Below are positions 60,699-64,000 of a stretch of DNA of 64,000 bases, piece by piece. Numbering within the stretch: the first letter of the stretch is position 1; every line of letters begins with the position of its first letter. The notes under the pieces were generated by a model. It did not search any database. It was not told the DNA's origin and saw only the letters and a list, made by a program, of their open reading frames with translations. Both the position numbers and the translations under genes were made by a program. Origin of the DNA: an uncultured bacterium (GTDB lineage: Bacteria > Actinomycetota > Acidimicrobiia > Spongiisociales > UBA5794); assembly GCA_963801165.1 (NCBI GenBank), contig CAWDDT010000007.1, forward strand, positions 160,001 to 224,000, given 5' to 3'.

Positions 60699-62618
60699 AT
60701 GTCTGTGAGTAGGTACATCCGCCGTAGGTGGGGAATAGTTGCTGTGGCGCTCGTCGGTGCGTTGTTGGTTCCGGTCGGGCCGGCCGTCGCCGCCGAACCC
60801 GACACCGTATCGTTTGTCGGTGCCGGGTGGGGCCACGGGCTCGGGCTCAGCCAGTACGGGGCGTACGGGGCCGCTCGGGATGGATGGACCGCCGAGCGGA
60901 TCATCGAGCACTTCTACACGGGTTCCCACATCGGGACGATGGGGCAGGACGGTCTCGCCGCCAAAGAGAACCTCTGGGTCAACCTGGAGAAGGACCGCAG
61001 CGAGCTGCTGCTGATTGCAAAAGAGACGGGGCTGGTGTCACCCGCTGAGCCGGTCGTAGTGACCAGACACGAGGCAAGCGGTGACGTGAGCTGGGAGCTC
61101 GACAAGGACTACCGGCTTGCCATCACCTGGGACGATTCCAGCAGCACTTGCTCACTCGAGATCCAGGACCCATCCGGTGCAGTGGTCGAAACGCCGGGCT
61201 CGGGACCATGCAACGTCGACATCACCTGGGACGGCTGGGTCGACAAACCATCACGCAAGATTCAGATCGACGGTTGCTACAACATGGACTGGAACGCCGG
61301 GATCGACCGTCCCTGCGAATACGCCCGAGGCGACCTTCATCTCCGCTCCGGGCCGGGAGGGATGGACCTCTCGGTCGAGCTCGACATAGACGACTACGTG
61401 CTCGGCATCTCCGAGATGCCCTACTACTGGGGACTCCCCGAGTATGGAGGCTTCGAGGCACTGAAGGCCCAGGCCCTCGCCGCCAGGTCGTACGCCCGCG
61501 AGCTGCAGATCGCCCGACCCGCACCCGGGGACAACGTCTGTGCCGCCTGGTGCGACGTGCGGGACTCCACCGTCGACCAGCGGTACGTCGGCTGGGGCCA
61601 CGCCGGGAAGGGCATCGACGAATGGATCGCCGCGGTTGATGCCACCGCCGGGCAGGTGATCACTCATCCTGATGCCCCGAACGGCAACGTTGTCAGGGCC
61701 TACTACTCGTCCTCGAGCGGGGGATACACCGAGAACGTCAACGAGGTGTCCTCCGCATACCCCGCCCCGGTTGAGTACCTGTCCAGCGTCGACGACCCCT
61801 GGTCGCTCACCCCGCTCAACCCATACGACAGCTGGACCAGCACGTATAGCGCCGACTACGTCGCCCACAAGGTGTGGAGCGTCGCCGCCGCCGACGTGCT
61901 GGTGTTGGAATCGGCCCAGGTCGTTGAGCGGAACACGTCGACCAGTGCCCGCACCGTCGTGTTCACCGGCACCCTCAACGGTGCCCCGGTGACCAAGGAA
62001 CTGTCGGGGGCGAGCGTCGATGCGATGTTCGGTCTCCGCTCGAAGTACTTCGACGTCCAGTTCGGCGACACAGAACTGCCTCCGTTCGATGACATCAGTG
62101 GGTCGGTGCACTACGACGACATCGTCTACATCGCCGACCTCGGCGTCACCAAAGGCTGTAACCCGCCGACCAACACCGAGTACTGCCCCGACGACGTTGT
62201 TTCCCGGGGTGAGATGGCAGCCTTCCTGGTGCGGGCGCTCGGGCTCACCGACGACGGCGGCAAGGATTGGTTCAGCGACGACGACGGTTCGGTGTTCGAG
62301 GGTGACATCAACAAGCTCGCCCAGGCCGGTATAACCATGGGCTGCAACGCTGCCGGGACGAAGTTCTGCCCGGGTGACGCCGTCTCCCGGGGTGAGATGG
62401 CGGCCTTCCTGGTGCGGGCGTTCGGCTACAACGACCCGGGCGCAGGCAACTGGTTCACCGACGACGACGGGTCGATGTTCGAAGGCAATATCGACAGGCT
62501 GAAGGTCGCCGGCGTCACTGTGGGGTGCAACCCGCCGACCAATGACCACTACTGCCCCGACAGTCCGGTGCAGCGTGACCAAATGGCCTCATTCCTGGCC
62601 AGGGCCCTCCGCAGCTGA
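60699..62618 (+). CDS. Secreted SpoIID/LytB-domain protein with 3 SLH-like repeats
   Basis: GWGHGLGLSQYGA, EMP, EALKAQALAARSY, DQRYVG, YSSSSGGYTE, YLSSVDD and GLRS motifs. Alternative start at 60684. Confidence 0.92.
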   Translation: MSVSRYIRRRWGIVAVALVGALLVPVGPAVAAEPDTVSFVGAGWGHGLGLSQYGAYGAARDGWTAERIIEHFYTGSHIGTMGQDGLAAKENLWVNLEKDRSELLLIAKETGLVSPAEPVVVTRHEASGDVSWELDKDYRLAITWDDSSSTCSLEIQDPSGAVVETPGSGPCNVDITWDGWVDKPSRKIQIDGCYNMDWNAGIDRPCEYARGDLHLRSGPGGMDLSVELDIDDYVLGISEMPYYWGLPEYGGFEALKAQALAARSYARELQIARPAPGDNVCAAWCDVRDSTVDQRYVGWGHAGKGIDEWIAAVDATAGQVITHPDAPNGNVVRAYYSSSSGGYTENVNEVSSAYPAPVEYLSSVDDPWSLTPLNPYDSWTSTYSADYVAHKVWSVAAADVLVLESAQVVERNTSTSARTVVFTGTLNGAPVTKELSGASVDAMFGLRSKYFDVQFGDTELPPFDDISGSVHYDDIVYIADLGVTKGCNPPTNTEYCPDDVVSRGEMAAFLVRALGLTDDGGKDWFSDDDGSVFEGDINKLAQAGITMGCNAAGTKFCPGDAVSRGEMAAFLVRAFGYNDPGAGNWFTDDDGSMFEGNIDRLKVAGVTVGCNPPTNDHYCPDSPVQRDQMASFLARALRS

Positions 62619-62652
62619 CCGAACCGCTCTACACTCCAGCCGACCGCGCACT

Positions 62653-63963
62653 ATGGGGATTGTGATGCAGAATGATCGCGCTCGCTTTTTCGCCGAAGAG
62701 AGATGGACAGGGGGAGTCATCGGTCTCGGCTATGTCGGGCTGCCGCTTGCGGTGACGATGGTGCAACACGGGCTGAAAGCGATCGGATTCGATCGTTCCG
62801 AACACCGTGTCGCCCTGCTGAAGAGCGGGGTGTCCCCGGTAGAGGACGTCAGCGACGAGGAGCTGGCAGCAGCACTCGAAGCCGGGCTGGAGATAACCGG
62901 TGATGAGGCCGATCTCGGTAAAGCGGACGCCCTGTTCATCTGTGTACCCAGCCCGCTCGGTCGGAACCGGGAGCCGGACCTGTCCTACATCAAGTCGGCC
63001 GCCGATACCGTCGAGGGTGTGGTCAAACCGGGCATGCTGGTCTCGCTCGAGTCGACGACGTATCCCGGGACGACCGATGACATCATCGTCCCGGCCGTCA
63101 CCAGCCGGGGGCTGGTACCCGACGAGGACGTCTACGTTGCCTTCTCCCCGGAACGGGTATCGCCCGGCGCCGAGATGAAGACCGGCGACATCCCCAAGGT
63201 CGTTGGAGGCATTTCGCCGATTTCGACGGAGGTCGCCGCGGCCGCATATTCGCGGGTGGTCGCTTCGGTTCATCCCGTCTCGTCGGCCCGCGCCGCCGAG
63301 ATGGCCAAACTGCTCGAGAACACCTACCGGGCGGTCAATATCGGGCTCATCAACGAGATGGCCCAGTTGGCGCACGAGCTCGACATCTCGATTTGGGAGG
63401 TCGTCGATGCCGCGGCGACCAAGCCATTCGGCTTCCACGCTTTCTACCCCGGGCCCGGAGTCGGCGGCCACTGCATCCCCCTCGATCCGCAATTCCTGGC
63501 GTGGCGGGCCAAGGAAGCCAACTTCGCCACCCGGTTCATCGACCTCGCCGAGCAGGTGAACACCAAGATGCCGGAGTACACCGCAACCCGTGTGGCCGAC
63601 CTTCTCAACCGGCACGGCAAGCCCGTCTTTGGCACGAGGATTCTCGGCGTTGGCATCGCCTACAAGCCCGATGTCGCCGATGATCGGGAGTCCGCGTCGA
63701 TCGAGGTTCTCAGGGAGCTGCAACGGCGCGGTGCCGAAATCGGGGTGCTCGACCCGATCGTGGGTGCGGAGCGGATCGAGAGCCACGGCTTCACCGCCGT
63801 CGCCGAAGATGCTCCACTCGACGGGTTTGCCATTGCAGTACTGCTGACGGACCACAGCACGCTCGACCTCGAGAGGATCGCCGCCGAGGTGCCCCTGGTG
63901 CTCGACACCCGCGGCGCCTACCGCCGCCGGGGCGTCGAATCGGGGAACGTCGAATCGCTGTGA
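62653..63963 (+). CDS. UDP-N-acetylhexosamine 6-dehydrogenase (WbpA/WecC family)
   Basis: GLGYVGLP, ICVPSP, LESTTYPGTT, FSPER, KLLENTYR, GPGVGGHCIPLDP and AYKPDVADDRES motifs. Confidence 0.94.
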   Translation: MGIVMQNDRARFFAEERWTGGVIGLGYVGLPLAVTMVQHGLKAIGFDRSEHRVALLKSGVSPVEDVSDEELAAALEAGLEITGDEADLGKADALFICVPSPLGRNREPDLSYIKSAADTVEGVVKPGMLVSLESTTYPGTTDDIIVPAVTSRGLVPDEDVYVAFSPERVSPGAEMKTGDIPKVVGGISPISTEVAAAAYSRVVASVHPVSSARAAEMAKLLENTYRAVNIGLINEMAQLAHELDISIWEVVDAAATKPFGFHAFYPGPGVGGHCIPLDPQFLAWRAKEANFATRFIDLAEQVNTKMPEYTATRVADLLNRHGKPVFGTRILGVGIAYKPDVADDRESASIEVLRELQRRGAEIGVLDPIVGAERIESHGFTAVAEDAPLDGFAIAVLLTDHSTLDLERIAAEVPLVLDTRGAYRRRGVESGNVESL

Positions 63964-64000
63964 GCCAGAGGCTGCTCGTCGTCTCAACAGTCCATCCTGC
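63960..64000 (+). CDS. Start of a probable GT4 glycosyltransferase (3' truncated by window)
   Basis: GTG overlapping the previous stop reads VSQRLLVVSTVHP, resembling the S(T/V)HP start of some GT4 proteins; only 13 codons visible. Confidence 0.45.
   Translation, partial: MSQRLLVVSTVHP

Noticed and set aside
60679-60708. Perfect 15-bp tandem duplication GGACTATGTCTGTGA at the SpoIID gene start
   Set aside because: In-frame two-copy duplication that only creates an alternative start codon; no evidence of function.

Overview
High-GC bacterial chromosomal segment, most consistent with an Actinomycetota of class Acidimicrobiia (inferred from the Cys-containing SLH-like modules, actinobacterial-type VapBC pairs and many apparently leaderless genes). 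It starts at the end of the ATP synthase operon (atpD, atpC). Most of the rest is a large cell-envelope locus: a priming phosphoglycosyl transferase, many GT2/GT4/CgeB-like glycosyltransferases, rmlCBD, an AlgI/AlgJ-type O-acetylation pair, cysDNC, a putative CMP-ulosonate module, a GT2-pyruvyltransferase fusion, a UDP-HexNAc dehydrogenase and six secreted proteins with three SLH-like repeats each. Interspersed are two divergent vapBC pairs, a tyrosine/homogentisate catabolic operon, a Nei/Fpg glycosylase and an orphan Xre/MbcA-like gene. The most striking non-coding signal is a family of double-hairpin REP/BoxC-like repeats found in five intergenic clusters and amplified into tandem arrays. 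The densest cluster brackets a stand-alone DUF559 endonuclease gene between two 173-bp direct repeats, suggesting a nuclease-plus-repeat system analogous to RAYT/REPIN. Frameshifts cluster at about 5.4-9.9 kb and 36.6-41.2 kb and may be assembly errors. No rRNA, tRNA, CRISPR array or transposase was recognised. All assignments come from reading motifs by eye; no database searches were run.
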